Below are positions 8,807 through 17,074 of a stretch of 52,531 nt of DNA, in pieces. The stretch is taken from positions 1 through 52,531 of the forward strand of contig JAURVQ010000046.1 of NCBI GenBank assembly GCA_030655395.1, written 5' to 3'. The notes under the pieces are model-generated. The model searched no databases. It was not told the DNA's origin and saw nothing but the letters and a program-made list of their open reading frames with translations. This stretch comes from Gammaproteobacteria bacterium. Lineage in GTDB: Bacteria > Pseudomonadota > Gammaproteobacteria > SURF-13. Made by a program: the position numbers and the translations under genes. Numbering within the stretch: position 1 is the stretch's first letter; every line of letters starts with the position of its first letter.

Positions 8807-10225
8807 TCATTCGTTGACCGGCATCTTGAGTTCCCTGATTTTGCGTGTCAAGGTGTTGCGTCCCCAGCCCAGCAGGCGTGCGGCCTCAAGGCGGCGGCCG
8901 CCGGTGTGCTTGAGTGCGCATTCGATCATGATGCGTTCGAAGCCCGGCGTGGCGTTCGTGAGCAGGTCGGTGTCGCCGCGCGAGAGGCGTTGATCCGCCC
9001 ACCGCCGCAGCGCCGCCTCCCAGCTCTCGCTGCCGGAGGCCTGTGTGCCCGGCGCTGTGCCGGTCACACGCAATTCGGGCGGCAGGTCTTCGGGATGAAT
9101 GATCTCGCCTACCGTCATCACAGTGAGCCAGCGGCAGATGTTTTCCAGCTGGCGCACATTGCCCGGCCAGTCCAGCTTGCTGAGGAAGGTCTCGGTGTCG
9201 GCGCGCAGGCGCTTGGGTTTTACCCCCAATTCCTTTGCCGCCCGTGACAGGAAATGCCGCAACAGCAACGGAATATCCTCGCGCCGCTCGCGCAGCGGCG
9301 GGATGTGGATGCGAATCACGTTGAGACGATGAAACAGGTCTTCGCGGAAACTGCCCTGCTGCACGCGCTGCTCCAGATTCTGGTGTGTGGCGGCGATGAT
9401 GCGCACGTCCACCTTGATCGGGCTGTGTCCGCCCACGCGGTAAAATTCGCCATCGGAAAGCACGCGTAACAGCCGCGTCTGCAATTCGGCGGGCATGTCG
9501 CCGATCTCGTCCAGAAACAGAGTGCCGCCGTTGGCCTGTTCGAAACGCCCGTTGCGCTGGGTCTGGGCGCCGGTGAATGCACCGCGTTCATGGCCGAATA
9601 ATTCGGACTCCAGCAGATCGCGCGGGATCGCCGCCATATTGAGCGCAATGAACGGCTTGTCCGCGCGCGGGCTGTGGCGGTGCAGCGCGTGCGCGACCAG
9701 CTCCTTGCCGGTGCCGGATTCGCCGTTGATGAGTACCGTGATGTGCGAGCGCGACAGCCGGCCGATGGCGCGGAACACCTCCTGCATCGAGGCGGCCTCA
9801 CCGATGATCTCCGGCGTTTCCTGCTCTTCTGCCGGGGGACGAGCGCTGCGTTGCCGTTGATGGGCGATGGCACGCCGCACCACCTCCACCGCTTCATCGG
9901 TGTCGAACGGTTTGGGCAGGTACTCGAAGGCCCCGCCCTGATAGGCCGCCACCGTGCTGTCGAGATCGGAATGCGCGGTGATGATGATGACCGGCAGCTC
10001 GGGATAGCGTGTACTTACCTCGGCGAGCAGTGCCAGCCCATCGGTGCCGGGCATGCGGATATCGCTGATGAGCGCATCGGGCCGCTCACGCGCAAGTGCC
10101 GTCAGCACCCGCGCGGCATTTTCGAAACACGTCACCTCCATGCCGGCCTGGTGCAATGCCTTTTCCAGTACCCAGCGGATAGAGCGGTCGTCATCGACGA
10201 CCCAGACGCGATTTTTTTCAGTCAT
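8807..10225 (-). CDS. glnG: Nitrogen regulation response regulator NtrC
   Basis: Receiver domain (VWVVDDD), GESGTGKE, GAFTGA, WPGNVRQLEN, HTH LLGWGRNTLTRK. Start at MTEKN, overlapping the ntrB stop. Confidence 0.97.
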   Translation of the reverse strand: MTEKNRVWVVDDDRSIRWVLEKALHQAGMEVTCFENAARVLTALARERPDALISDIRMPGTDGLALLAEVSTRYPELPVIIITAHSDLDSTVAAYQGGAFEYLPKPFDTDEAVEVVRRAIAHQRQRSARPPAEEQETPEIIGEAASMQEVFRAIGRLSRSHITVLINGESGTGKELVAHALHRHSPRADKPFIALNMAAIPRDLLESELFGHERGAFTGAQTQRNGRFEQANGGTLFLDEIGDMPAELQTRLLRVLSDGEFYRVGGHSPIKVDVRIIAATHQNLEQRVQQGSFREDLFHRLNVIRIHIPPLRERREDIPLLLRHFLSRAAKELGVKPKRLRADTETFLSKLDWPGNVRQLENICRWLTVMTVGEIIHPEDLPPELRVTGTAPGTQASGSESWEAALRRWADQRLSRGDTDLLTNATPGFERIMIECALKHTGGRRLEAARLLGWGRNTLTRKIRELKMPVNE

Positions 10226-11276
10226 GGCGCACTCCGTTGTCAATCGGCAGCAACAAGGTGAAGGTGGTTTCGCCGGGGCGGCTCGCGCATTCAATCAGGC
10301 CGCCGTGCTGGTTGATGAGTGCCTGCGCGATGGACAATCCGAGGCCGGTGCCGTCGGCGCGCCCAGTGACCATCGGATAAAAGATGCTCTCGATCAGGTG
10401 CACGGGAATGCCGGGCCCATTGTCGATGACGTCGATGCGGGCCACCAGCCGATGACGTTTCTGGCCGATGCTCGATTGGCGCTGGATGCGCGTGCGCAGC
10501 CGGATAGTGCCCTGCTCACCGAGCGCCTGCCCGGCGTTACGCACGATGTTGAGCAGCGCCTGAATGAGCTGCTCCGGATCGGCATGGAACTCCGGGATGC
10601 TGATGTCGTAGTCGCGCTCCAGGCGCACACCGCCGGGCACCTCCGCCAGCACCAGGCTGCGCACGCGCTCCAGCACCTCGTGGATATTGGTGAGGCGGCG
10701 CTGCGGCAGACCCTGCGGCCCGAGCATGCGCTTGAGCAGATTTTGCAGCCGGTCGGCCTCGCCGATGATGATGCGCGTGTACTCCTTGAGCGCCTCCGAA
10801 GGCAGCTCGCGTTCGAGCAACTGCGCCGCACCGCGCAGCCCGCCGAGCGGATTGTTGATTTCGTGCGCGAGACCGCGCAGCACGGCGCGGTGGGCATGGT
10901 GCTGCGCCAGCAGATGTTCCTCGCGCGTGACGCGCAGGTGCTGATCCACACGGGTGAGCTCCAGCAGCAGCTCCTGTTCGCTGAGAGGTGTGACGATCGC
11001 ATCGAGGGTCAACAGGGCGCTGTCAGCGAGACGCAGCTGCAACTCGCGTTCGGTGAACGGGTGCAGAGTGGCAAGTGCGCGCTGCAAGGCGTTAATGAAG
11101 GTATCCGCATCGGGCATGAGATCGCGCGCCGTCATGCCGCGCATCTGACGTGCGCTGGTGGCGAACAGCATCTCGCCCGCGGGATTGGTGTAACGCAGGC
11201 GCAGGGTGCGGTCGAACAGCAATACCGCAGTATTGAGGTTCTCGATGATGCTTGAATAAAGTGCGTTGCGTGTCAT
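10218..11276 (-). CDS. glnL: Nitrogen regulation sensor kinase NtrB
   Basis: PAS domain, LAHEINNPLGGLRGAAQLL, DNGPGI, GTGLGL. ATG 11276 preferred because the upstream TTG lies inside a sigma54-like promoter. Confidence 0.96.
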   Translation of the reverse strand: MTRNALYSSIIENLNTAVLLFDRTLRLRYTNPAGEMLFATSARQMRGMTARDLMPDADTFINALQRALATLHPFTERELQLRLADSALLTLDAIVTPLSEQELLLELTRVDQHLRVTREEHLLAQHHAHRAVLRGLAHEINNPLGGLRGAAQLLERELPSEALKEYTRIIIGEADRLQNLLKRMLGPQGLPQRRLTNIHEVLERVRSLVLAEVPGGVRLERDYDISIPEFHADPEQLIQALLNIVRNAGQALGEQGTIRLRTRIQRQSSIGQKRHRLVARIDVIDNGPGIPVHLIESIFYPMVTGRADGTGLGLSIAQALINQHGGLIECASRPGETTFTLLLPIDNGVRHD

Positions 11277-11301
11277 GAGGTGTCGGCTGTATTTCTGCGT
11301 G

Positions 11302-11317
11302 TGCAAGAAGCAAACCA
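11302..11317 (-). promoter_or_regulatory. Putative sigma54 (-24/-12) promoter for ntrBC
   Basis: Minus strand TGGTTTGCTTCTTGCA has exact GG-N10-GC spacing; an NtrC site lies about 110 bp upstream. Confidence 0.6.
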
Positions 11318-11425
11318 GCGCATGAGCAATAGATAAAATAACTCAACAAAACATACACTTAGTCAGAAATCAGCCCATGCGCGCAAGGCGCGATAAGCAA
11401 CAGGATAAACTAAAATGGGGCATTA

Positions 11426-11442
11426 CGCACCGTTATGGTGCG
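11426..11442. promoter_or_regulatory. NtrC binding site
   Basis: CGCACCGTTATGGTGCG resembles the TGCACC-N5-GGTGCA consensus; weaker neighbouring site at about 11406-11422. Confidence 0.75.
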
Positions 11443-11489
11443 GGTAGCTATGGGCGGGGTGGCGGGTTGTAGTGGGGGCCAGGAGCGGA

Positions 11490-12122
11490 TTATTTCCTAA
11501 ACTGGGTTGATCGCCGCTTTAGGTGAAAAGTGATGGTTTGTGAGGTGGCCAGCACCGCACCCTTGGCGTCGAGCATCGTCGCCTGCAGCGAATGTGTGCC
11601 ACGGTCAATATTTTTTAATTGAAATTTTGCGGTGGTTTGCATATCGGGCAACGGCTTGCCATCGAGCATCACCCGGGCCTTGTGCCCCCACTGCGGATTC
11701 CATGCAGGCTCGGTTACCAGTTCGACATTCACATTACCGTCGTTTTCGCGCGCAGTAGCGTCATTTTCCGGAGTGACGATGGAAAATTTTACATAGCTTT
11801 TGAAGATGGTTGCGGGCTTCGCGTCCTTTTTTTCCGGCGGTATTTTATCGCCAGTAGGCCCACTGGCTGCGGGGGCAGTGGTGACCGGCGCGGTGATGGG
11901 CGCAACGGCGGGGAATTTCGGCATCTCGATTTCGGTCGCCCCCGGTTGCGGCTTGTCGGAGTAGGTCACATTGCCATCCGGCCCTACCCACTTGTAGACG
12001 CCGCCGAATGCGCAAAGCGGCAGAGCCATGCTGAGCAGAATCAGCAGTAGCCGGCACGAACCTGCGCGTGATGAAGGAGGGTGAAAGTAATGAGGATGCT
12101 GTGTATGCCGGCGTTCAGGCAT
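11490..12122 (-). CDS. DUF4124 domain secreted protein with a C-terminal Ig-like region
   Basis: VYKWVGPDGNVTYSDKP, Pro/Thr linker, NIDRGTHSLQ. Commonly found between glnA and glnL. Start uncertain; ATG 12122 overlaps the bactofilin stop. Confidence 0.8.
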   Translation of the reverse strand: MPERRHTQHPHYFHPPSSRAGSCRLLLILLSMALPLCAFGGVYKWVGPDGNVTYSDKPQPGATEIEMPKFPAVAPITAPVTTAPAASGPTGDKIPPEKKDAKPATIFKSYVKFSIVTPENDATARENDGNVNVELVTEPAWNPQWGHKARVMLDGKPLPDMQTTAKFQLKNIDRGTHSLQATMLDAKGAVLATSQTITFHLKRRSTQFRK

Positions 12123-12564
12123 TTTGTGCAAAGCGGTGCGGGGCCTCATCAAATGCAGGGGCGGCGGCGGGTGCAGGGGATGCACTGGCCGCTTCAAACG
12201 GTTTGCCGGAGTGCCTGCACTGGCCGTTGAAGTAGGCGCCGGTTTCAACGCCGAACGTGTTATGCCACACGATGTCGCCGCTGACTTTGGCCGTTTGGGC
12301 AAGATGCACACCGTCCGCGATGATGGAGCCGTGCACCTCGCCCCGGATGGCGACCTCGCGCGCGTGTATGTCGCCGTTGATCCGCGCCTGTGCGCCGACA
12401 GTGAGTTTACCTGCGTGGATGTTGCCTTCTACAGTGCCGTCGATCTGCATCTCGCCCTCGGTGGAGAGATCGCCTGTGACGGTGAGATCCGCACCCAGCA
12501 GGGAGGGGGCGCCGTTGTGTTTGTGCTTGCTCATGGATACCGCCTTGTCACTTCTGAAAAACAT
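12115..12564 (-). CDS. Bactofilin (CcmA-like polymer-forming cytoskeletal protein)
   Basis: Repeating I.G.V.G.I beta-helix pattern and GA.FNG.C; GGAGG RBS before ATG 12564. Confidence 0.9.
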   Translation of the reverse strand: MFFRSDKAVSMSKHKHNGAPSLLGADLTVTGDLSTEGEMQIDGTVEGNIHAGKLTVGAQARINGDIHAREVAIRGEVHGSIIADGVHLAQTAKVSGDIVWHNTFGVETGAYFNGQCRHSGKPFEAASASPAPAAAPAFDEAPHRFAQNA

Positions 12565-13588
12565 ACTTGCCCGCCTCCAGAAAGCGGGCCGGATCATGGG
12601 GCTCGCCCTGGAACATGACCTCGTAGTGCAGGTGAGGGCCGGTGCTGCGGCCGGATGAGCCGACCAGGCCGATTTTGTGATGCAGATCAACCTGCTCGCC
12701 GGACTTCACCAGCAGTTTGTTCAAATGACCGTGACGCGTCGTCAGGCCGAGGCCGTGATCAATCTCGACCATATAGCCATACGGGCCGTCGCGGCCAGCG
12801 AAGGTGATCTTGCCCGGTGCGGTAGAGTAGACCGGCGTGTTAAGGGGGGCGGACAGATCGATGCCGCTGTGCATCGCCCAGCGGTTGGTGAAGGGATCCT
12901 GACGTTTGCCGAAACGGCTCGACAGGTGGCCGGTGTTAAGCGGTGCCACGACGGGCAGATGTTCAAACAGGCCCTCCAGACTCGCCCAGCGGTTCATCTG
13001 GGTTTCCAGTTTTACCACGCTATCTTCAAACATGTCATTCATGTCGGTAAACGGATTGCCGGTTTTGGCCACAGGTGTGCCAGCCGCGACAAAGGGGCCA
13101 CCCACGCCGGTATTGGTTTTGCCGCCCAAGGTGTTGAGATTGAGGCCAGTGAGCTTGATCGCCTGCTCCAACCGGTCGGCGTTGCCCTTGGTGCGCTCCT
13201 GGAGCTGGGCCATAAGGGTGAACTGCGCATCCTTGATCTCTGCCACCTGATTGAGCGCACCGGAGAGTTGTACATGCAGTGTGCTGATTTCGCTGTTCAG
13301 GTTTTGTGCGTAGGTACGTGCACTCTCGCGCTCGGCGGACAGCTGCGCAAGCAGGGCTTCCTTGGCGGAGAGGGCCTCGCGGTACGACGCAACCACTTGT
13401 GTGTAAGGCTGCATCTTGATCCACGACGCGCCCGCCCAGCCGACCATCATCAGCACGAGCAGGCACATCCCGAGCTGCACGTTGCGCGACAGCGAGATAT
13501 ACCGCACCCGCCCTTGGCTGCGGTAAAGGAGCTGTCGTTCCGGGAATAGCTGGTTTATGTGAAGCCTGATAGTTTTAAGCAGTTGCAC
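12548..13588 (-). CDS. M23/LytM metallopeptidase with TM and coiled-coil regions
   Basis: HSGID (HxxxD) and GSSGRSTGPHLHYEV (HxH); N-terminal FPERQL..RS.G.VRY; start uncertain. Confidence 0.9.
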   Translation of the reverse strand: MQLLKTIRLHINQLFPERQLLYRSQGRVRYISLSRNVQLGMCLLVLMMVGWAGASWIKMQPYTQVVASYREALSAKEALLAQLSAERESARTYAQNLNSEISTLHVQLSGALNQVAEIKDAQFTLMAQLQERTKGNADRLEQAIKLTGLNLNTLGGKTNTGVGGPFVAAGTPVAKTGNPFTDMNDMFEDSVVKLETQMNRWASLEGLFEHLPVVAPLNTGHLSSRFGKRQDPFTNRWAMHSGIDLSAPLNTPVYSTAPGKITFAGRDGPYGYMVEIDHGLGLTTRHGHLNKLLVKSGEQVDLHHKIGLVGSSGRSTGPHLHYEVMFQGEPHDPARFLEAGKYVFQK

Positions 13589-13761
13589 AACCCGCTCCCT
13601 GATATGGCTTAGTCTTATTAGCGTCTCGAACGACGAATTACATTACATCCCCTGCGAGATTGCAAGCTTCAGGATGCAACTTTTAGACCAGGTATAATTT
13701 TGCCACCCACTGTTGGGCAACCGTTTGGACGAGTAACGACGACCATCTTGTTGATTACCCA

Positions 13762-13791
13762 TAAAATAAAACGCCCCCAAACGGGGGCGTT
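13762..13791 (-). terminator. Rho-independent terminator after glnA
   Basis: AACGCCCCC-4 nt-GGGGGCGTT hairpin followed by a T-rich tract on the minus strand. Confidence 0.75.
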
Positions 13792-13809
13792 GCTGTAGCT
13801 GTAGGTGTT

Positions 13810-15216
13810 TTACAGGCTGTAGTACATGTCGTACTCGACCGGGTGCGAGGTCATGCGCAGGCGGGTGACTTCCTGCATCTTGAGGTCGATGTAGGAATCG
13901 ATCACGTCATTGGTGAACACGCCGCCTGCGGTGAGGAACTTGCGGTCCTTGTCGAGGTGCTCCAGCGCCATGTCGAGCGAATGGCACACCTTCGGGATTT
14001 TCTTTTCCTCTTCCGGCGGCAGGTCGTAGAGGTCTTTGTCCATCGCCTCGCCCGGATGAATCTTGTTCTGGATGCCGTCGAGGCCCGCCATCACCATCGC
14101 CGAGAAGGCGAGGTAGGGGTTGGCGCTCGGGTCGGGAAAGCGCACCTCGATACGGCGCCCCTTGGGGTTGGCGACGTACGGGATGCGGATCGAGGCGGAG
14201 CGGTTGCGCGCCGAGTAGGCGAGCATGACCGGGGCCTCGAAGCCGGGCACCAGACGCTTGTAGCTGTTGGTGCCGGGGTTGCAGAAGGCATTCAGTGCGC
14301 GTGCGTGCTTGATGATGCCGCCGATGTAATAGAGCGCGAGGTCGGACAGGCCGCCGTACTTGTTACCGGTGAACAGGTTCTTGCCGGCCTTGGCGAGCGA
14401 CTGGTGGCAGTGCATGCCGGAGCCGTTATCGCCGACCAGCGGCTTGGGCATGAAGGTGACGGTCTTGCCATAGGCGTGGGCGACATTCATCACCACATAC
14501 TTCAAGATCAGGATTTCGTCGGCCTTCCTGGTGAGGGTGTTGAACTGGGTGGCGATTTCATTCTGGTTGGCGGTGGCGACCTCGTGGTGGTGCGCCTCAA
14601 CCACCAGGCCCATCTCTTCCAGGGTGAGCGACATCGCGGAGCGGATGTCCTGCGCCGAATCCACCGGCGGGACGGGGAAATAGCCGCCCTTGATGCCGGG
14701 GCGATGACCGATATTGCCGCCTTCAAACACCTTCTCGGAATTCCAGGCGGCTTCTTCGGAGTCGATCTTGATGAACGAGCCGCTCATGTCGGCGCCCCAG
14801 CGCACATCGTCGAAAATGAAAAATTCCGGCTCCGGGCCGAAGAATGCGGTGTCGGCGATGCCGGTGGATTTCAGGTGCGCCTCGCAGCGCTGCGCGAGTG
14901 AGCGCGGGTCGCGCTCGTAGCCTTTCATGGTGGTGGGTTCAACCACGTTGCAGCGCAGCAGCAGCGTGGCTTCGTCCATGAACGGATCCATCACGGCGCT
15001 GTCCGCGTCGGGCATCAGGATCATGTCGGATTCGTTGATGTGCTTCCAGCCGGCGATGGAGGAGCCGTCGAACATCTTGCCGTCCTTGAACAGCGCGGCG
15101 TCCACGGTGTGCGCAGGGCAGGAGACATGCTGCTCTTTACCCTTGGTGTCACAGAAACGGAAATCAACAAATTTAACCTTGTTGTCTTTAATCATCTTTA
15201 AAACTTTTGCAGACAT
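13810..15216 (-). CDS. glnA: Glutamine synthetase type I
   Basis: [44 protein letters not shown], adenylylation-site region KDLYDLPP. Confidence 0.98.
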   Translation of the reverse strand: MSAKVLKMIKDNKVKFVDFRFCDTKGKEQHVSCPAHTVDAALFKDGKMFDGSSIAGWKHINESDMILMPDADSAVMDPFMDEATLLLRCNVVEPTTMKGYERDPRSLAQRCEAHLKSTGIADTAFFGPEPEFFIFDDVRWGADMSGSFIKIDSEEAAWNSEKVFEGGNIGHRPGIKGGYFPVPPVDSAQDIRSAMSLTLEEMGLVVEAHHHEVATANQNEIATQFNTLTRKADEILILKYVVMNVAHAYGKTVTFMPKPLVGDNGSGMHCHQSLAKAGKNLFTGNKYGGLSDLALYYIGGIIKHARALNAFCNPGTNSYKRLVPGFEAPVMLAYSARNRSASIRIPYVANPKGRRIEVRFPDPSANPYLAFSAMVMAGLDGIQNKIHPGEAMDKDLYDLPPEEEKKIPKVCHSLDMALEHLDKDRKFLTAGGVFTNDVIDSYIDLKMQEVTRLRMTSHPVEYDMYYSL

Positions 15217-15288
15217 GATGCCTCCGGAAACATTAAGCGCTTACTGCGACCGCACAAGGCCGCAGCCCAAAATTCAAGCCGTCATTTT

Positions 15289-15304
15289 TGCATGAAACAT
15301 GCCA
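15289..15304 (-). promoter_or_regulatory. sigma54 promoter of glnA
   Basis: Minus strand TGGCATGTTTCATGCA, GG-N10-GC. Confidence 0.8.
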
Positions 15305-15356
15305 TTAGGGAACCCCTTCATTTTGGCGGAGTTTTTAAACACAAAGGGAAATAAAG

Positions 15357-15403
15357 CGCACTGGGAGGGTGCGCGCAAGGATGTGGCGCACCTTGTTAGT
15401 GCG
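15357..15403. promoter_or_regulatory. Tandem NtrC enhancer sites for glnA
   Basis: CGCACTGGGAGGGTGCG (15357-15373) and CGCACCTTGTTAGTGCG (15387-15403), 30 bp apart start to start. Confidence 0.75.
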
Positions 15404-15440
15404 CCAGGGAATATAGCCGTGGTATGTTTAGATGAGCCCT

Positions 15441-16013
15441 TTAATGGAGACTCTGGAAATCGTAGCGTGCAACCGGGAGCGCGGCAGGGGCTGCGCTGCG
15501 CATGGCCTCGAAGGCCCAGCGGCTGCCGGTGTCCTGCCACAGTTCGAAGGTCTGCAACAGCGGCGGCGTGGGCGCGGTGCCTTTGCCGATGACGTGCAGC
15601 ACGTCCATGAGGGGGACGAAGTCCTGCGACAGGTGGGCGTACAATTCCGCCGAGGTGTTACTGAGCAGCGTGGAAAGCTGGAGATAGGCGCAGCGGCCGA
15701 GGTCAACGAAATAGCTCGCCTTCACGCGCCGCCGCTCGGCCTGCTGCGGAAACAGGCCGGAGAACAGCAGGCACTGATCGCCCACGTCCTTGAGCCGTTC
15801 CTGTTGCAGGCGCCCCACTTCGCGCGCCCCGTTCAGATATTCCAGCGCGAGCAGCGTGTCCGCGATTTCCGGGCGCCGCGTAAAGCGCATCAGCAGAAAC
15901 ACGAGGTAGCTTTCCAACTCCTCTACCAGCGGCTGGGCCGCGGCGGTTTCCGCTTCGTTCACCAGCTCATACCATTGAGCAGTGGCTGTGGGGTGAGTGA
16001 CCAGGGTTGTCAT
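15441..16013 (-). CDS. Conserved hypothetical protein
   Basis: AGGA RBS; LESYLVFLL.RF and L.DVGDQCLLFSGLFP pattern; no function recognised. Confidence 0.8.
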   Translation of the reverse strand: MTTLVTHPTATAQWYELVNEAETAAAQPLVEELESYLVFLLMRFTRRPEIADTLLALEYLNGAREVGRLQQERLKDVGDQCLLFSGLFPQQAERRRVKASYFVDLGRCAYLQLSTLLSNTSAELYAHLSQDFVPLMDVLHVIGKGTAPTPPLLQTFELWQDTGSRWAFEAMRSAAPAALPVARYDFQSLH

Positions 16014-16152
16014 AGGCGATTTCCTGTGTTGTCGTACTTAAAAAGCGGCAGCTGAGCCATTAACTTGAGCGAGCAGGAGTCATGCCACCGGCCCGCACAT
16101 GCCGCAACAGCGCGCCATCAGCTATACTGGGCACTCTGAATCAGGGACAACA

Positions 16153-17070
16153 ATGTCGAAAGAGCTCCTCGTGCAGTCAAACACTTGCCGCCCCCCCGCC
16201 ACCTTCCAGGACCTGATACTCACGCTACAGGCGTACTGGTCGGCGCAGGGCTGCGTGCTGCTGCAGCCTTATGATCTTGAAGTCGGCGCGGGCACCTTTC
16301 ATCCCGCTACGTTTTTGCGCGCCATCGGGCCGGAGCCGTGGCGCGCGGCCTACGTGCAGCCCTCGCGCCGCCCCAAAGACGGCCGTTACGGCGAAAATCC
16401 CAATCGCCTGCAGCACTATTATCAATACCAGGTGGTGCTGAAGCCCTCACCCGCCAACATTCAGGATTTGTACCTCGACTCGCTGCGGGCGCTCGGCGTC
16501 AACATGAGCGAACACGACGTACGCTTCGTCGAGGACGACTGGGAATCACCCACGCTCGGCGCCTGGGGACTGGGCTGGGAGGTGTGGCTGGACGGCATGG
16601 AAGTCACCCAGTTCACCTATTTTCAAGAGGTGGGTGGCCTCAAGTGTGCGCCGGTGCTGGGTGAGATCACTTACGGTCTGGAGCGCCTCGCCATGTATCT
16701 GCAAGGCGTGGAAAGCGTGTTCGATCTGAAATGGACCGACAGCGTGAGTTACGGCGACGTGTACCACCAAAACGAAGTCGAGCAATCGAAATACAATTTT
16801 GAGCACAGCAACGTCGAGTGGCTGTTCAAATTATTCGGCGAATTTGAATCCGAGGCCAGGCGCTTGATGGAAAACAAGCTCACCCTGCCCGCATTTGAAA
16901 TGGTAATGAAATGCTCGCACACTTTCAACCTGCTCGACGCGCGCGGTGCGATCTCCACCACCGAGCGCGCCGCCTATATTGGCCGCGTGCGTAACCTGAG
17001 CCGCGCGGTGGCGCAGAGCTACTACGAGTCGAGGGAGGCCCTGGGCTTCCCCATCCTGAATAAAAAGTAA
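16153..17070 (+). CDS. glyQ: Glycine-tRNA ligase alpha subunit
   Basis: [37 protein letters not shown]. Confidence 0.97.
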   Translation: MSKELLVQSNTCRPPATFQDLILTLQAYWSAQGCVLLQPYDLEVGAGTFHPATFLRAIGPEPWRAAYVQPSRRPKDGRYGENPNRLQHYYQYQVVLKPSPANIQDLYLDSLRALGVNMSEHDVRFVEDDWESPTLGAWGLGWEVWLDGMEVTQFTYFQEVGGLKCAPVLGEITYGLERLAMYLQGVESVFDLKWTDSVSYGDVYHQNEVEQSKYNFEHSNVEWLFKLFGEFESEARRLMENKLTLPAFEMVMKCSHTFNLLDARGAISTTERAAYIGRVRNLSRAVAQSYYESREALGFPILNKK

Positions 17071-17074
17071 AACC

